A DNA stretch of 64,000 nucleotides. Source: Candidatus Magasanikbacteria bacterium RIFOXYC2_FULL_42_28. Its GTDB lineage: Bacteria; Patescibacteriota; Patescibacteriia; Magasanikbacterales; GWA2-37-8. The stretch is taken from contig MFQZ01000010.1 in assembly GCA_001784435.1 (NCBI GenBank), positions 18,917 to 82,916 of the forward strand, read 5' to 3'. This document shows, one piece after another, positions 18,310 through 28,477 of the stretch. Under the pieces are notes generated by a model. That model was not told the origin of the DNA. It did not search any database and was given only the letters and a program-made list of their open reading frames with translations. A program made the translations under genes and the position numbers. Every line of letters starts with the position of its first letter. Position 1 is the first letter of the stretch.

Positions 18310-19188
18310 GTGTATTTGTCTAAATTTAAAAATTTAATTATTATCGCATTAGTTTTTGTGTTATTTCCGAATGTAGCATTTGCCGCATCGTTATATTTTA
18401 ATTCTCCTAAAACCGATTACACCGTCGGCGAGCAATTTACCGCCAGTGTTTTGGTGGATTCAGTTAGCGAGCCGATTAACGCGTTTGAGGGTAAATTGGT
18501 TTTTTCTGATGATCAGTTGGAGGTGAAAGAAATTTTTATCGGTAATTCTATTATAAATTTTTGGCTGGACGCGCCTAAGGCCGATAAGGGTGAGATCAGA
18601 TTTTCCGGCATTGTGCCGGGCGGGTTTCAAGGTGATAATGGGTTATTGTTTTCGGCAGTATTTAGGGTTTTGTCAACGGGGTCAGGAGCAATAAAATTTT
18701 CGGATTATAAATTATTATTAAATGATGGACTCGGAACAATGGCCGTAACCACGGTGGCTAATTTAAATTTAACTATTAAACCGCTCGCTATTGGCGCGAG
18801 CGCGCCCGACTATTTACCATTTCCCGATGGCACTTTGCCCGAAGAATTTACACCGGAATTGACGCGCTCGCCGGAAGAATTTGGCAATCAATGGTTTTTA
18901 GTTTTTGCGACTCAAGACAAGGGTTCGGGCATTGATTACTACGAGGTGTGTGAAGGTAGCCAAGATAATTGCGAAAAAACCGACAGCCCGTATATTTTAA
19001 AAGACCAAAATTTAGTTGGTAAAATTTTTGTAAAAGCGGTTGATAAGCGTGGCAACGGTCGTTTGGTTGTTTTAGAGCCGCCGGGCGGTTTGGTGTGGTA
19101 TGAAAAATACCAAAATTATGTTATAATATTATTAGTATCAATTGCTTCTATTTTGTTAGTCCTCAAAAAATATGCGCGGAGGGTTTAA
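18310..19188 (+). CDS. Cohesin-domain protein with C-terminal TM anchor
   Basis: Signal peptide (AFA-A); YTVGEQFTASVLVD..INAFEGKLVF..LLFSAVFR..G cohesin pattern; DKGSGIDYYEV; terminal TM helix. Confidence 0.75.
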   Translation: MYLSKFKNLIIIALVFVLFPNVAFAASLYFNSPKTDYTVGEQFTASVLVDSVSEPINAFEGKLVFSDDQLEVKEIFIGNSIINFWLDAPKADKGEIRFSGIVPGGFQGDNGLLFSAVFRVLSTGSGAIKFSDYKLLLNDGLGTMAVTTVANLNLTIKPLAIGASAPDYLPFPDGTLPEEFTPELTRSPEEFGNQWFLVFATQDKGSGIDYYEVCEGSQDNCEKTDSPYILKDQNLVGKIFVKAVDKRGNGRLVVLEPPGGLVWYEKYQNYVIILLVSIASILLVLKKYARRV

Positions 19189-20914
19189 ATATTTATTAGC
19201 GGTTTTATTTTTTCTTTTATTGCCGACGGGCGCGGGTGCGGCGTCTTTATATTTGTCGCCCGCATCCGGCTCCTACGCCTTGAACAGTAATATCGCGGTG
19301 AATGTTTACGTTAGTAGCGCCGACAAAGCCATGAACGCGGTTTCGGGCGCGTTGGATTTTCCGGCGGATAAATTACAAGTGACTTCGGTTTCCAAAGCCG
19401 GCTCGGTAATTAATCTGTGGGTGACGGAGCCGTCGTATTCCAATTCCAATGGCACGGTTAATTTTGAAGGCGTGGCGTTAAATCCCGGTTATACCGGCAG
19501 TGGTGGCAAAATTATTACCATAAATTTCAAAGTAAAATCGGCGGGCGCGGGCGCGGTTAGTTTTATTTTCGGTTCGGTGTTGGCCAACGATGGCCAAGGT
19601 ACGGAAATTTTAACTGGCAAAAGTGGCGCCGGGTTTACTTTGGGCGAAGGAAAACCATTACCACCACCGGTTGAGGCGCCGGTGCCAGCCGGTAAACCGG
19701 TCGCGCCCAATGTCAGTTCTGTAACTCATCCGGACCCGGATAAATGGTATTCAGTGAAAGACGCGAAATTTGCGTGGAGTTTACCGGTCGGTGTTTCTAA
19801 AGCGCGTTTGTTAGTTGACAGTAAAGCCGACTCTGATCCCTCGGTGGTATATTCTCCGGCAGTTGGCGAAAAAGAAATGAAAGATGTTGGCGATGGCGTT
19901 TGGTATTTTCACGCGCAATTAAATAATGCCAAAGGTTGGGGAGGCATCGCGCATTTCCGTTTTCAAATTGATTCGGCTAACCCCATTGATTTGAAAGTAG
20001 TGGAGGTTAAGCGTGAAGATCAAACTGACCCACGCGTATCATTTAAATTAACCGCGGTTGACGATGGTTCGGGAATTGATTATTATGAAATTCGGGTTGA
20101 TAACACCGCGCCGATAATTTGGAAAGATGCCGGCACGCCAATTTATGAAACAGTCTCGTTAAAATCCGGTGATCATATTTTGACCGTGCGCGTTTTTGAT
20201 CAAGCGGGTAATTCTGCTTTGGAATCATTAAATTTTTCTATTAAGTCATTGGCGCAACCGGTCATAGAAAATTATCCGGAAAATTTACGTACCGGTTCTC
20301 CGCTTGTGATAATCGGCAAGACCTACCCGAGCAGTCAGGTGACCGGATATTTACAAAAGGGCGCGACCGAGCCGGTGGCAATCTCTGTGATGAGTGATGT
20401 GAATGGGCGGTTTGTGTTCGCGCCCAGCGATGAATTACGTTCGGGAAATTATTTAGTGTGGTTTCAAGTAGTGAAAGATAATGGTGCGCGTAGTGCCACG
20501 ACCGACAAATTCGCGATCGCGGTTTCTGAGCCGGCGATTTTGCGTGTTGGGTCATTGGCGGTAAATGTTTTGGCCGTAATAATTCCATTAATTGCACTCG
20601 TTATAATGTTGGGTGGTGTGCTGTGGTATGGCGCCTATCGGTTTAAACAGACGCGCCAAAGTTTGCGTGTGAAGACCGATGAAGTTGGTTTGGCGCGTCG
20701 GGCGTTTGACGCCTTGCTTGTGAATTTACAATCCGAAATAGATGTATTAGAACGCACTCATTTGAAACGCAAATTGACCGTTGAAGAAACTGCGATTTTG
20801 GGGCAATTGAAAAATGATTTGGCGGAAGCTCAAAAATTTTTAGGATGCAAACCAAAACCGCTTTTTGTGCCAAAAGTTATTCTTGGCAAGAGTATTAAGC
20901 CAAAAAAACGCTAA
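19172..20914 (+). CDS. Cohesin-domain protein with Ig-like repeats, TM anchor and cytoplasmic helical tail
   Basis: ASLYLSPASGSY..MNAVSGALDFPADKLQV..IITINFKVKSAG; DDGSGIDYYEI; TM helix near the C-terminus. Confidence 0.75.
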   Translation: MRGGFKYLLAVLFFLLLPTGAGAASLYLSPASGSYALNSNIAVNVYVSSADKAMNAVSGALDFPADKLQVTSVSKAGSVINLWVTEPSYSNSNGTVNFEGVALNPGYTGSGGKIITINFKVKSAGAGAVSFIFGSVLANDGQGTEILTGKSGAGFTLGEGKPLPPPVEAPVPAGKPVAPNVSSVTHPDPDKWYSVKDAKFAWSLPVGVSKARLLVDSKADSDPSVVYSPAVGEKEMKDVGDGVWYFHAQLNNAKGWGGIAHFRFQIDSANPIDLKVVEVKREDQTDPRVSFKLTAVDDGSGIDYYEIRVDNTAPIIWKDAGTPIYETVSLKSGDHILTVRVFDQAGNSALESLNFSIKSLAQPVIENYPENLRTGSPLVIIGKTYPSSQVTGYLQKGATEPVAISVMSDVNGRFVFAPSDELRSGNYLVWFQVVKDNGARSATTDKFAIAVSEPAILRVGSLAVNVLAVIIPLIALVIMLGGVLWYGAYRFKQTRQSLRVKTDEVGLARRAFDALLVNLQSEIDVLERTHLKRKLTVEETAILGQLKNDLAEAQKFLGCKPKPLFVPKVILGKSIKPKKR

Positions 20915-20981
20915 GATTAGCAAAGCGCAATCTGTCAAGACCCGACGCTTAGCGTCGGTAATGGGACGCTGAGCGTCCCCC

Positions 20982-21009
20982 TTGACAGATTTTTTATTTG
21001 TGATATAAT
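20982..21009 (+). promoter_or_regulatory. Sigma70 promoter of rpsA
   Basis: TTGACA-16-TATAAT with an extended -10. Confidence 0.7.
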
Positions 21010-21098
21010 CATTTCAGATTTAATTAAGCCCTTTTGGGCACTCGGCTCCCGATTTAATCGGGACGGGCTAAGCGCGTTTTTTTTGTTCTATAAATTAT

Positions 21099-22307
21099 AT
21101 GACTTTAAGTGACAAGACCAGTGTAAAGCCGGATTTTAAAACATTACTGCAAGACAACCCGATTAATTTTCCCAAAGTGGGGGATTTGGTTAAGGGTAAG
21201 GTATTGTCTGTGGACAAAGGCGAAATTCACGTTGATATTGAAGGATTGACCACCGGTGTGGTGCGGGGCGCGGAGTTGTTCGCGGAATCGCGCGAGCATG
21301 CTAATTTGAAAGTAGGCGACGAAGTGGAAGCGACGGTTACGGAAATGGAAAATGAAAATGGAGAATTGGAATTGTCGTTCCGCATCGCCGGTTTTCAACG
21401 CGCTTGGGATGCTGTTAAGAAATGGATGAAAGACGGCTTGACCATTAAAGCCAAAATTACCGGCGCTAACAAGGGAGGGCTCATGATGCAAGTAGAGGCC
21501 CTGGCCGGTTTTATGCCGGTATCGCAATTGTCTCCGGAAAATTACCCGCGCGTGGCCGGTGGGGACAAAAATCGTATTTTTGAAAAATTACAAGAATTGA
21601 TTGGCACTGATATGGAGGTTAAAGTAATTGACGCTGATGAAAAAGATGAAAAATTAATCGTGTCCGCGCGCGCGGTGTGGGAAGACAGCCAAAAAGCGGT
21701 ATTGGATTCTTACAAAGTGGGCGATACGGTGGACGGTGAAGTAAGCGCCCTGACATCATTTGGCGCGTTCTTGAAATTTGGCGAGGGCTTAGAAGGGTTG
21801 GTTCATATTTCCGAAATTGCTTGGCAGAGAATTGAACACCCGCGCGATTTGTTAAAAGTAGGAGACAGAGTCAAGGCCAAAATTATTCAATTGGATAAAT
21901 CCAAAATTTATTTGTCGTTGAAACGGTTAGTAGATGATCCGTGGAAACAGGTGGCGGAGAAATATAAAGTGGGCGACAAGGTAAAAGGAAAAATTATTAA
22001 AATTGAAGCGTTCGGTCTCATGGTCGCGCTTGATCAGAATATTCATGGTTTGGCGCATGTGTCGGAATTGTCCGACGCGCCTTTGGCCAATGTCGCTGAC
22101 AAATTTAAAATCAACCAAGAAGTGGAATTTGAAATCGTCAATATTGAGGCGATTGAACACCGCTTGGGTTTGCGCGTGGCCGGAGTAAAAGGAAAAGCGC
22201 CGAAAGCGCCAAAGGCGAAAAAGGGTGAAAAGAGCGAAAAAGCCGAAGAGACGCCCGAGGCCAAAGCGGAAACGAAATCGGAGTTAGAAGAAAAAAAGGC
22301 CGAGTAA
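21099..22307 (+). CDS. rpsA: 30S ribosomal protein S1 (four S1 domains)
   Basis: Repeated S1 motifs (FGAFLKFGEGLEGLVHISEI; IHGLAHVSEL) and a Lys/Glu tail. Confidence 0.93.
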   Translation: MTLSDKTSVKPDFKTLLQDNPINFPKVGDLVKGKVLSVDKGEIHVDIEGLTTGVVRGAELFAESREHANLKVGDEVEATVTEMENENGELELSFRIAGFQRAWDAVKKWMKDGLTIKAKITGANKGGLMMQVEALAGFMPVSQLSPENYPRVAGGDKNRIFEKLQELIGTDMEVKVIDADEKDEKLIVSARAVWEDSQKAVLDSYKVGDTVDGEVSALTSFGAFLKFGEGLEGLVHISEIAWQRIEHPRDLLKVGDRVKAKIIQLDKSKIYLSLKRLVDDPWKQVAEKYKVGDKVKGKIIKIEAFGLMVALDQNIHGLAHVSELSDAPLANVADKFKINQEVEFEIVNIEAIEHRLGLRVAGVKGKAPKAPKAKKGEKSEKAEETPEAKAETKSELEEKKAE

Positions 22308-22314
22308 TTGCGTT

Positions 22315-22350
22315 TGTCATTCCGACCGCAGTGGAGGAATCCCTTAACGT
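22315..22350. repeat. RPE/REP-like gtcattccg...ggaatc palindrome
   Basis: 33 of 36 nt identical to the insertion in pyrC (2057-2092, opposite strand). Confidence 0.85.
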
Positions 22351-22363
22351 TAAAATACACTTC

Positions 22364-22397
22364 AAATCCCTCCTGACAAAATCAGGGGGGATTTTTG
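22364..22397 (+). terminator. Intrinsic terminator after rpsA
   Basis: aaatccctcctga-caaaa-tcagggggg-attttt. Confidence 0.7.
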
Positions 22398-22458
22398 ACA
22401 AAAAGGGGGTTTTGGGGTATTATATATTGAAGATAGCTGTAAATCTTAAATATTTTTT

Positions 22459-24291
22459 ATGCACAATTTTTTGAAAAATTTCTTAATGATATTCCTCGTG
22501 CTCGTGCTGGTAGCCGGGGTTTTGTCAATGACGCAAACCGGAGCGGACAAAAAGCCGGAACAAATTGATATTGCCAAATTGGCGGTTGAGATTAACGCCA
22601 ATGAAGTGAAAAAAGTGACGGTTTCCGGTGATATGCTCACGGTGGAGTTAAAAGATGCCAACGCCAAACCACAGACATTAAAAAAAGAGACCGGTGAGTC
22701 GTTTGGAGAATTAATGAAAAATTATGGTGTTACCGATACGGCACGTCAAAATTTGGTGGTGGAAATTAAAGACGAAAGTGGTTTCAAATTTTGGGCAATT
22801 AATTTATTGCCGATAATACTGCCACTGGTTATTATTATCGGATTTTTATATTTCATGACTAGGAGCGCGCAAGGGATGAATAACAAGGCGATGGGTTTTG
22901 GTCAAAGCAATCCGCGTCAAGCGAACGCGTCAGACAAAGATAAAAAAACTTTTGCCGATGTGGCCGGAGCGGTTGAAGCCAAAGAAGAATTAAGCGAAGT
23001 CGTGGATTTTTTGAAAGATCCGAAAAAATTTGCGGCTATGGGCGCGAAAATTCCCAAAGGCGTTTTGCTGATGGGCAATCCGGGCGTGGGTAAAACTCTT
23101 TTTGCTAAAGCCGTGGCCGGAGAAGCAGGCGTGCCGTTTTTTCACATGTCCGGTTCGGAATTTGTGGAAATGTTTGTGGGCGTGGGTGCGTCACGCGTGC
23201 GTGATTTATTTGGTAAAGCCAAAAAAGCGGCGCCGGCCATTGTGTTTATTGATGAGATTGACGCGGTGGGGCGCAGGCGCGGTGCCGGATTGGGCGGTGG
23301 GCATGACGAACGCGAACAAACTTTAAATCAAATTTTAGTGGAAATGGACGGGTTTGAACCGAATTTGGGCGTGATTGTAATGGCAGCGACTAATCGCCAT
23401 GATGTTTTGGATCCGGCCTTACTTCGCCCGGGTCGGTTTGATCGGCGTGTTACGATTGATATGCCGGATATTCGCGACCGTGAGGAAATTTTGAAAATTC
23501 ACGCAGCCAATAAGCCGTTGGCCAAAGAAGTATCTTTGAATCGGTTGGCGCAACGCACACCCGGATTTTCCGGCGCGGATTTGGCCAACTTGTTGAACGA
23601 AGCGGCGATCTTGGCAGTGCGGCGCAATAAAAAAATTATTGATGAAATTGAGGTATTGGAATCGGTAGAAAAAGTATTGCTTGGTCCGGAGCGCAAAAGT
23701 AGAATTATTTCTGACAAAGATAAAAAAATGACCGCGTATCACGAAGCCGGTCACGCGGTGGTGGGGTATTTTTTGCCCAATTGCGATCCGGTGCGCAAGG
23801 TGTCAATTATTTCGCGCGGGAGTGCCGGCGGTTATACTTTAAAAATGCCTTCCGAAGACAAACACTATCACACCTTGGCGCAATTTAAAGATGAACTTGC
23901 GATGATGATGGGTGGATATGTGGCCGAAAAAATGATTTATGGTGAAAACGAAATTTCTACCGGTCCGTCTTCGGATTTAAGAAACGCCACTTCCACCGCG
24001 CGCGCGATGGTAACCGCCTATGGTATGAGCGACAAATTAGGTCCGCGTACTTTTGGCAAGAGTGATGATATGATATTTTTGGGGCGCGAAATCCACGAAC
24101 AGGTGGATTATTCCGACAAAACCGCCGAAGTGATTGATTCGGAAGTATTGCGCTTGGTAAATGAAGCCCGCGAACGTGCGGAAAAATTATTGACGGAAAA
24201 GCGTCCGGAAATGGAAAAATTAGTGGTGGTGCTTATGGAAAAAGAAACAGTTGAGCAGGAGGAGATTGTGGCGGTGTTGGGAAGTAAATAG
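22459..24291 (+). CDS. ftsH: ATP-dependent zinc metalloprotease FtsH
   Basis: Two TM helices, [22 protein letters not shown] and HEAGH. Confidence 0.98.
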   Translation: MHNFLKNFLMIFLVLVLVAGVLSMTQTGADKKPEQIDIAKLAVEINANEVKKVTVSGDMLTVELKDANAKPQTLKKETGESFGELMKNYGVTDTARQNLVVEIKDESGFKFWAINLLPIILPLVIIIGFLYFMTRSAQGMNNKAMGFGQSNPRQANASDKDKKTFADVAGAVEAKEELSEVVDFLKDPKKFAAMGAKIPKGVLLMGNPGVGKTLFAKAVAGEAGVPFFHMSGSEFVEMFVGVGASRVRDLFGKAKKAAPAIVFIDEIDAVGRRRGAGLGGGHDEREQTLNQILVEMDGFEPNLGVIVMAATNRHDVLDPALLRPGRFDRRVTIDMPDIRDREEILKIHAANKPLAKEVSLNRLAQRTPGFSGADLANLLNEAAILAVRRNKKIIDEIEVLESVEKVLLGPERKSRIISDKDKKMTAYHEAGHAVVGYFLPNCDPVRKVSIISRGSAGGYTLKMPSEDKHYHTLAQFKDELAMMMGGYVAEKMIYGENEISTGPSSDLRNATSTARAMVTAYGMSDKLGPRTFGKSDDMIFLGREIHEQVDYSDKTAEVIDSEVLRLVNEARERAEKLLTEKRPEMEKLVVVLMEKETVEQEEIVAVLGSK

Positions 24292-24308
24292 CGTTTTTTA
24301 AGTGATTT

Positions 24309-24335
24309 ATCCCCAGTTTATACTGGGGATTTTTT
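24309..24335 (+). terminator. Intrinsic terminator after ftsH
   Basis: atccccagt-ttat-actggggat followed by a T-run. Confidence 0.75.
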
Positions 24336-24395
24336 ATTATTAAAAAATGTGGTATAATATATCTATCTGGTGTTAAACAACCAATTATTAATTAT

Positions 24396-25361
24396 ATGCG
24401 CGAACCAAATTATAGTGAGGCTTTTTCCCATTCTTGGCAAATGGTGAAAGAGCACAAAATTTTGTGGGTGTTTGGTTTATTGTCGGTGTGTTTGGGGCAG
24501 TGGGGTTTGGCGAATTTTTTGGGCGGGTTGAATATGGTCGGGTTAAATCAATATGGTGCCTCTTGGCATAATTTTTCTTCACTATTTTTACTTTTGCAAA
24601 TTGCTGGCGAAGGTGTGATTCCGTTTTTGTTAGTTTTGTGGTTATTCGTCGTGGGCGCGGCGCTTTTTATTTTGATGATATTCGTGGCCGTGGTCGCGCG
24701 GGGCGCTTTAATTGCCGCGGTCGGGCATTGGTTTGCCAAAGATGGCAAGGTATCGCTGGCGCTCGTTTGGCGTCATGGCGTGAAAAATTTTTGGAAATTA
24801 TTAGTGTTGGTTATTTTAACCAGATTGTTTGAGGTTGCGCTATTGATTTCGGCGCTCGGGGTTTTTGCTCTTTGTGGCAATTCCACCGCCGGGTTTATCA
24901 GTCAAGCCTTTTTTGGCGCTTTGGCTTTGGCGGTCGGGATTGCTTTGGAGGCGGTGATGATTTTTGCCTCTGGGTATGTGGTGATTGATGGCGAGTCCGT
25001 GTCTAATTCTATTGCTCGCGCTTGGCGTTTATTTACTCGTCATATTTTGATTACTTTAGAATTGGGGGTATTATTGACGGTAGCAAGTTTACTGGTGGCT
25101 GTGGTAGTTATATTAGCCGGTTCTTTGGTGCTTATTCCCGCCATGATTGTCTGGTTGTTCGCCATTTTGACCGGCTTAAACGGGTTGTTTAGTTTTGGTT
25201 TTATTTTGGCCTGGGTTTTATTTGTGATGGTAATCGGTTTGGCCGCGGCGATTTTCAACGCTTTTAACACGAGCGTTTGGATGTATTTGTTTGTTAAGAT
25301 GCATCGCGAGAGTTATGTGGGGTGGGTGTTAAATACAGTGAAAAAGTTATTTAGTAAATAA
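24396..25361 (+). CDS. Polytopic membrane protein of unknown function
   Basis: Multiple TM segments; LWVFGLL N-terminal motif. Confidence 0.75.
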   Translation: MREPNYSEAFSHSWQMVKEHKILWVFGLLSVCLGQWGLANFLGGLNMVGLNQYGASWHNFSSLFLLLQIAGEGVIPFLLVLWLFVVGAALFILMIFVAVVARGALIAAVGHWFAKDGKVSLALVWRHGVKNFWKLLVLVILTRLFEVALLISALGVFALCGNSTAGFISQAFFGALALAVGIALEAVMIFASGYVVIDGESVSNSIARAWRLFTRHILITLELGVLLTVASLLVAVVVILAGSLVLIPAMIVWLFAILTGLNGLFSFGFILAWVLFVMVIGLAAAIFNAFNTSVWMYLFVKMHRESYVGWVLNTVKKLFSK

Positions 25362-25368
25362 ACAAGTT

Positions 25369-25472
25369 AATGTCAAATTTCCAATTTCCAATGTCAAATC
25401 AAATCCAAAGCCAAAATATCAAATTTGACATTTGACATTGTCTTGGAAATTGGGAATTTGGATTTTGAAATT
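25369..25472. repeat. Family A palindromic element
   Basis: Close copy of 279-388 and 48038-48147; ends 6 nt before the ATPase start. Confidence 0.9.
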
Positions 25473-25478
25473 ATCATT

Positions 25479-27197
25479 ATGTCTTTTCCGTCAATCAATG
25501 ATTTAACAAAAAAAGATGACGATCAAAACGCGCCCCAAACCGGCGCGGATTGGGATTCCACCAAGTCCAAATTTGATCGCAAGATGGGTGATATTCGGAT
25601 TAAAGAATTAGAGCAAGAAGCGTCTGCGTTTGCCACTGCGTCCGGTTTGCAGTATCTGGATTTGACCGGTTTCCCGGTGTCGCCCGAGGCCTTACGCGCG
25701 GTGCCGGAAGCAATCGCCCGTGAAAAAAATCTTGTTTGTTTTTATTATTCTCCGAGCGAATTGCGCGTCGGGGTACTTCTGCCTTTGGAGGAAAATGACG
25801 ATTTTATTTATCAATTGGGCGAACGTCATCACGCGCCGGTTATTACCTATCTGATTTCCGAGCATAGTTTAGAAAAAGTTTTAAAATTATACGCGACTTT
25901 ACCGATTGTCAAACCAATTACCAAAGATGTTAATATCACGGATGAGGAATTAAATAAATTTGGTTCTGATATTAAAGATTTGGCCGGTTTAGAAAAAAAA
26001 TTTCTTAATATTTCCATTACCGATATTTTGTCTTTAATGATTTCCGCGGCGATTAAATTAAACGCGTCGGATATTCACGTGGAAGCCGAAGAAAAAGGCA
26101 TTGCCGTGCGTTATCGCGTGGATGGGGTGTTACACGAAGTGGCCAATTTACCACATTCGGAATGGGAAAAATTTATTTCGCGCATTAAATTGTTGTCGGC
26201 GTTAAAAATCAATGTTAATAATCGTCCGCAAGACGGTCGGGTTACCATTAAACTTGATTCCGGCAGTTTGGATTTGCGCGTGTCCACGTTGCCAACCACT
26301 TACGGCGAATCAGTCGTGATGCGTATTTTGCACAGTGGCACCAAGGGGGTGATGTTTGATGAATTAGGTATTCGCGGAGCGGCGTATGTGCGTTTGAAGC
26401 GCGAAATTGAACGTCCGAACGGTATGATTGTCACCACCGGTCCGACCGGTTCCGGTAAAACTACTACTTTATACGCGATTTTGCGCACTTTGAATAAACC
26501 GGGGGTAAAAATTATTACGGTAGAAGATCCGGTGGAAATTAAAATGCAAGGTGTGGTGCAAAGTCAGGTAGATATTGCTCGTGATTATACTTTTGCCAAG
26601 GCCTTGCGCAGTATTTTGCGTCAGGACCCGGATATTTGTATGGTCGGTGAAATCCGCGATTTAGAATCAGCCGAAATTGCCATCCAGTCCGCTTTGACCG
26701 GTCATTTGCTTTTATCCACTATCCACACCAACAGCGCTTCGGGCGCGATTCCGCGTTTTATGTCAATGGGTGTGAAACCGTTTTTACTTGCGCCGGCTTT
26801 AAACGCGGTGATGGGTCAGCGGTTGGTGCGCCGGATTTGCGAAAAATGTATTGAAGAACAGGAGTTGGACAGCGAAATGTTAGAGCGAGTCGGGAAAATT
26901 ATCGCGTCCTTGCCGGCGGAAGAAAAAGCGCGCGTTACGGAAAAAGGATTAACATTTTATCATGGCAAAGGATGCCCGGAATGTAGTGGGCTGGGCTACA
27001 AAGGCCGAATCGGTATTTATGAAATTTTTGTAATGACCAAAGAAATTGAAAGTTTGATATTGGGCGGTGGCGCTTCGGAATACGAAATCCAAGAGTTGGC
27101 CGCGAAAGATGGGATGTTGACGATGGCGCAAGATGGAATTTTAAAAGCTTTAGATAAAATGACAAGTGTGGAAGAAGTTTTCCGCGTGTCAGAATAA
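25479..27197 (+). CDS. pilB: Type IV pilus / type II secretion assembly ATPase (PilB/GspE family)
   Basis: ASDIHVE, PQDGR, GPTGSGKTTTLY, EDPVE, LRQDPD, TGHL..STIHTN and CxxC..CxxC. Start ATG 25479. Confidence 0.9.
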   Translation: MSFPSINDLTKKDDDQNAPQTGADWDSTKSKFDRKMGDIRIKELEQEASAFATASGLQYLDLTGFPVSPEALRAVPEAIAREKNLVCFYYSPSELRVGVLLPLEENDDFIYQLGERHHAPVITYLISEHSLEKVLKLYATLPIVKPITKDVNITDEELNKFGSDIKDLAGLEKKFLNISITDILSLMISAAIKLNASDIHVEAEEKGIAVRYRVDGVLHEVANLPHSEWEKFISRIKLLSALKINVNNRPQDGRVTIKLDSGSLDLRVSTLPTTYGESVVMRILHSGTKGVMFDELGIRGAAYVRLKREIERPNGMIVTTGPTGSGKTTTLYAILRTLNKPGVKIITVEDPVEIKMQGVVQSQVDIARDYTFAKALRSILRQDPDICMVGEIRDLESAEIAIQSALTGHLLLSTIHTNSASGAIPRFMSMGVKPFLLAPALNAVMGQRLVRRICEKCIEEQELDSEMLERVGKIIASLPAEEKARVTEKGLTFYHGKGCPECSGLGYKGRIGIYEIFVMTKEIESLILGGGASEYEIQELAAKDGMLTMAQDGILKALDKMTSVEEVFRVSE

Positions 27198-27209
27198 ATT
27201 AAAAAATTT

Positions 27210-28352
27210 ATGATAGTACGTCACAGTGAGACCCGCACGCATTTTGAACCTTCGGTAAAATTTTATCGCACGATTGCTTTGTCGTTTTTATTTATTACGA
27301 TTGTTTTGCTTGGACTTATCATTTTTATTACTTCCAAAAAAGCGTCCATTGTTATTCTGGCTAAAGAAGACGCTAAAACAGCTAATTTGAGTATTAATGT
27401 TGGCGCGGGTGGCACTGTTGGCGCGATTAAAGGCGTGGTAACCACTTCGATTTTTACCGGAAGCGAAAAATTTTATCCGACGACATTTGATTCTTCTGAA
27501 TCAGTCGCGACCGGAGAGGTGATTATTTACAACAAAAGTAATGTCGACCAGGCGCTTGTCAAAACCACTCGATTTTTAACGCCGGAGCAAGTAATGTTTC
27601 GTTTAAGTGAGCGGGTTAATGTTCCAGCCGGCGGGCAGGTAATTGCCCCGGTGTATGCCGACCGGGCGGGCGCGAGCAGTGAAATTGGACCAGCGCCGTT
27701 TATTATCCCCGGGTTATCGGAAGACAGGCAGAAATTTATTTACGCCGAAAGCAAATCGGCTATGACCGGTGGCGTAAAAAAGAACGGAGTGTTGACGGCA
27801 ACTGATTTAGCCACGGCCGAAAAATCGTATCAAGAAAAAGTTAAACAAAAGTTTGTGAGCCAGGCGGTGGCGCCGGCCGAAGGGATGAGTTTGGTAGTGG
27901 TTGTACTTTCTACCAACGCTACTGCCGACCACAAAGTTGGTGATACTATCGCCGAATTTGTTTTAAGCGGTGAAAGTCGCGTGGTGGCGGTATGGTATGA
28001 AACAAGCGCGCTCAAAGAAATGGTGGCGCGTGAAATTGGGAGTCAGGTGGATTTGGAATTGGAAAAAGTTGTGACGGTTTCGGGCGAGCCCCAAATAACA
28101 TTGTCCGCCCAAGATGTTGACGCCGGCACCGCGCAATTGTCCGTATCGCAAGAAGCGCGCGTTACGCTTGATTCGGACGGTTCCAAAGTCGCGCCTCGTC
28201 AATTTTTAGATAAAACCAAAGAAGAAATTGAGCGGTATTTGTTGGGCTTAGGCCATGTTTCGGCCGTGGATGTTAAATTTTCCCCCAGTTGGATGCGTAA
28301 ATCGCCGAGTGTGCCGGATAATATTAAGGTGGTGGTGAAGCAGGTGAAGTGA
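27210..28352 (+). CDS. Membrane-anchored protein with baseplate-J-like extracellular domain (CPR-type)
   Basis: N-terminal TM; ATGEVIIYN..Q.LV.TTRF..VYADRAG..F.IPGL..MTGG pattern. Confidence 0.6.
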   Translation: MIVRHSETRTHFEPSVKFYRTIALSFLFITIVLLGLIIFITSKKASIVILAKEDAKTANLSINVGAGGTVGAIKGVVTTSIFTGSEKFYPTTFDSSESVATGEVIIYNKSNVDQALVKTTRFLTPEQVMFRLSERVNVPAGGQVIAPVYADRAGASSEIGPAPFIIPGLSEDRQKFIYAESKSAMTGGVKKNGVLTATDLATAEKSYQEKVKQKFVSQAVAPAEGMSLVVVVLSTNATADHKVGDTIAEFVLSGESRVVAVWYETSALKEMVAREIGSQVDLELEKVVTVSGEPQITLSAQDVDAGTAQLSVSQEARVTLDSDGSKVAPRQFLDKTKEEIERYLLGLGHVSAVDVKFSPSWMRKSPSVPDNIKVVVKQVK

Positions 28353-28390
28353 TAGTTCATAGCCAATAGGGTGGGCGAGCGATTCGTTGT

Positions 28391-28428
28391 CTCCCCCTGC
28401 CCGAGGGGGAGAATAAGAGGGGGTGGGA
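28391..28428. repeat. REP-like ctccccctgcccgagggggag...agggggt element
   Basis: Shares the cctgcccgagg hairpin core with the gatB insertion at 5528-5560. Confidence 0.7.
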
Positions 28429-28442
28429 GCGGTCGTTCGTCA

Positions 28443-28471
28443 TTGACAAAAAAGCATAGGCGTTTTATAAT
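28443..28471 (+). promoter_or_regulatory. Consensus sigma70 promoter of the T-box-GNAT-thrS unit
   Basis: TTGACA-17-TATAAT. Confidence 0.85.
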
Positions 28472-28477
28472 GTATTT

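Noticed and set aside
27210-28352. Prophage or contractile injection system
   Set aside because: A single membrane-anchored baseplate-like gene with no sheath, tube, capsid or integrase genes.
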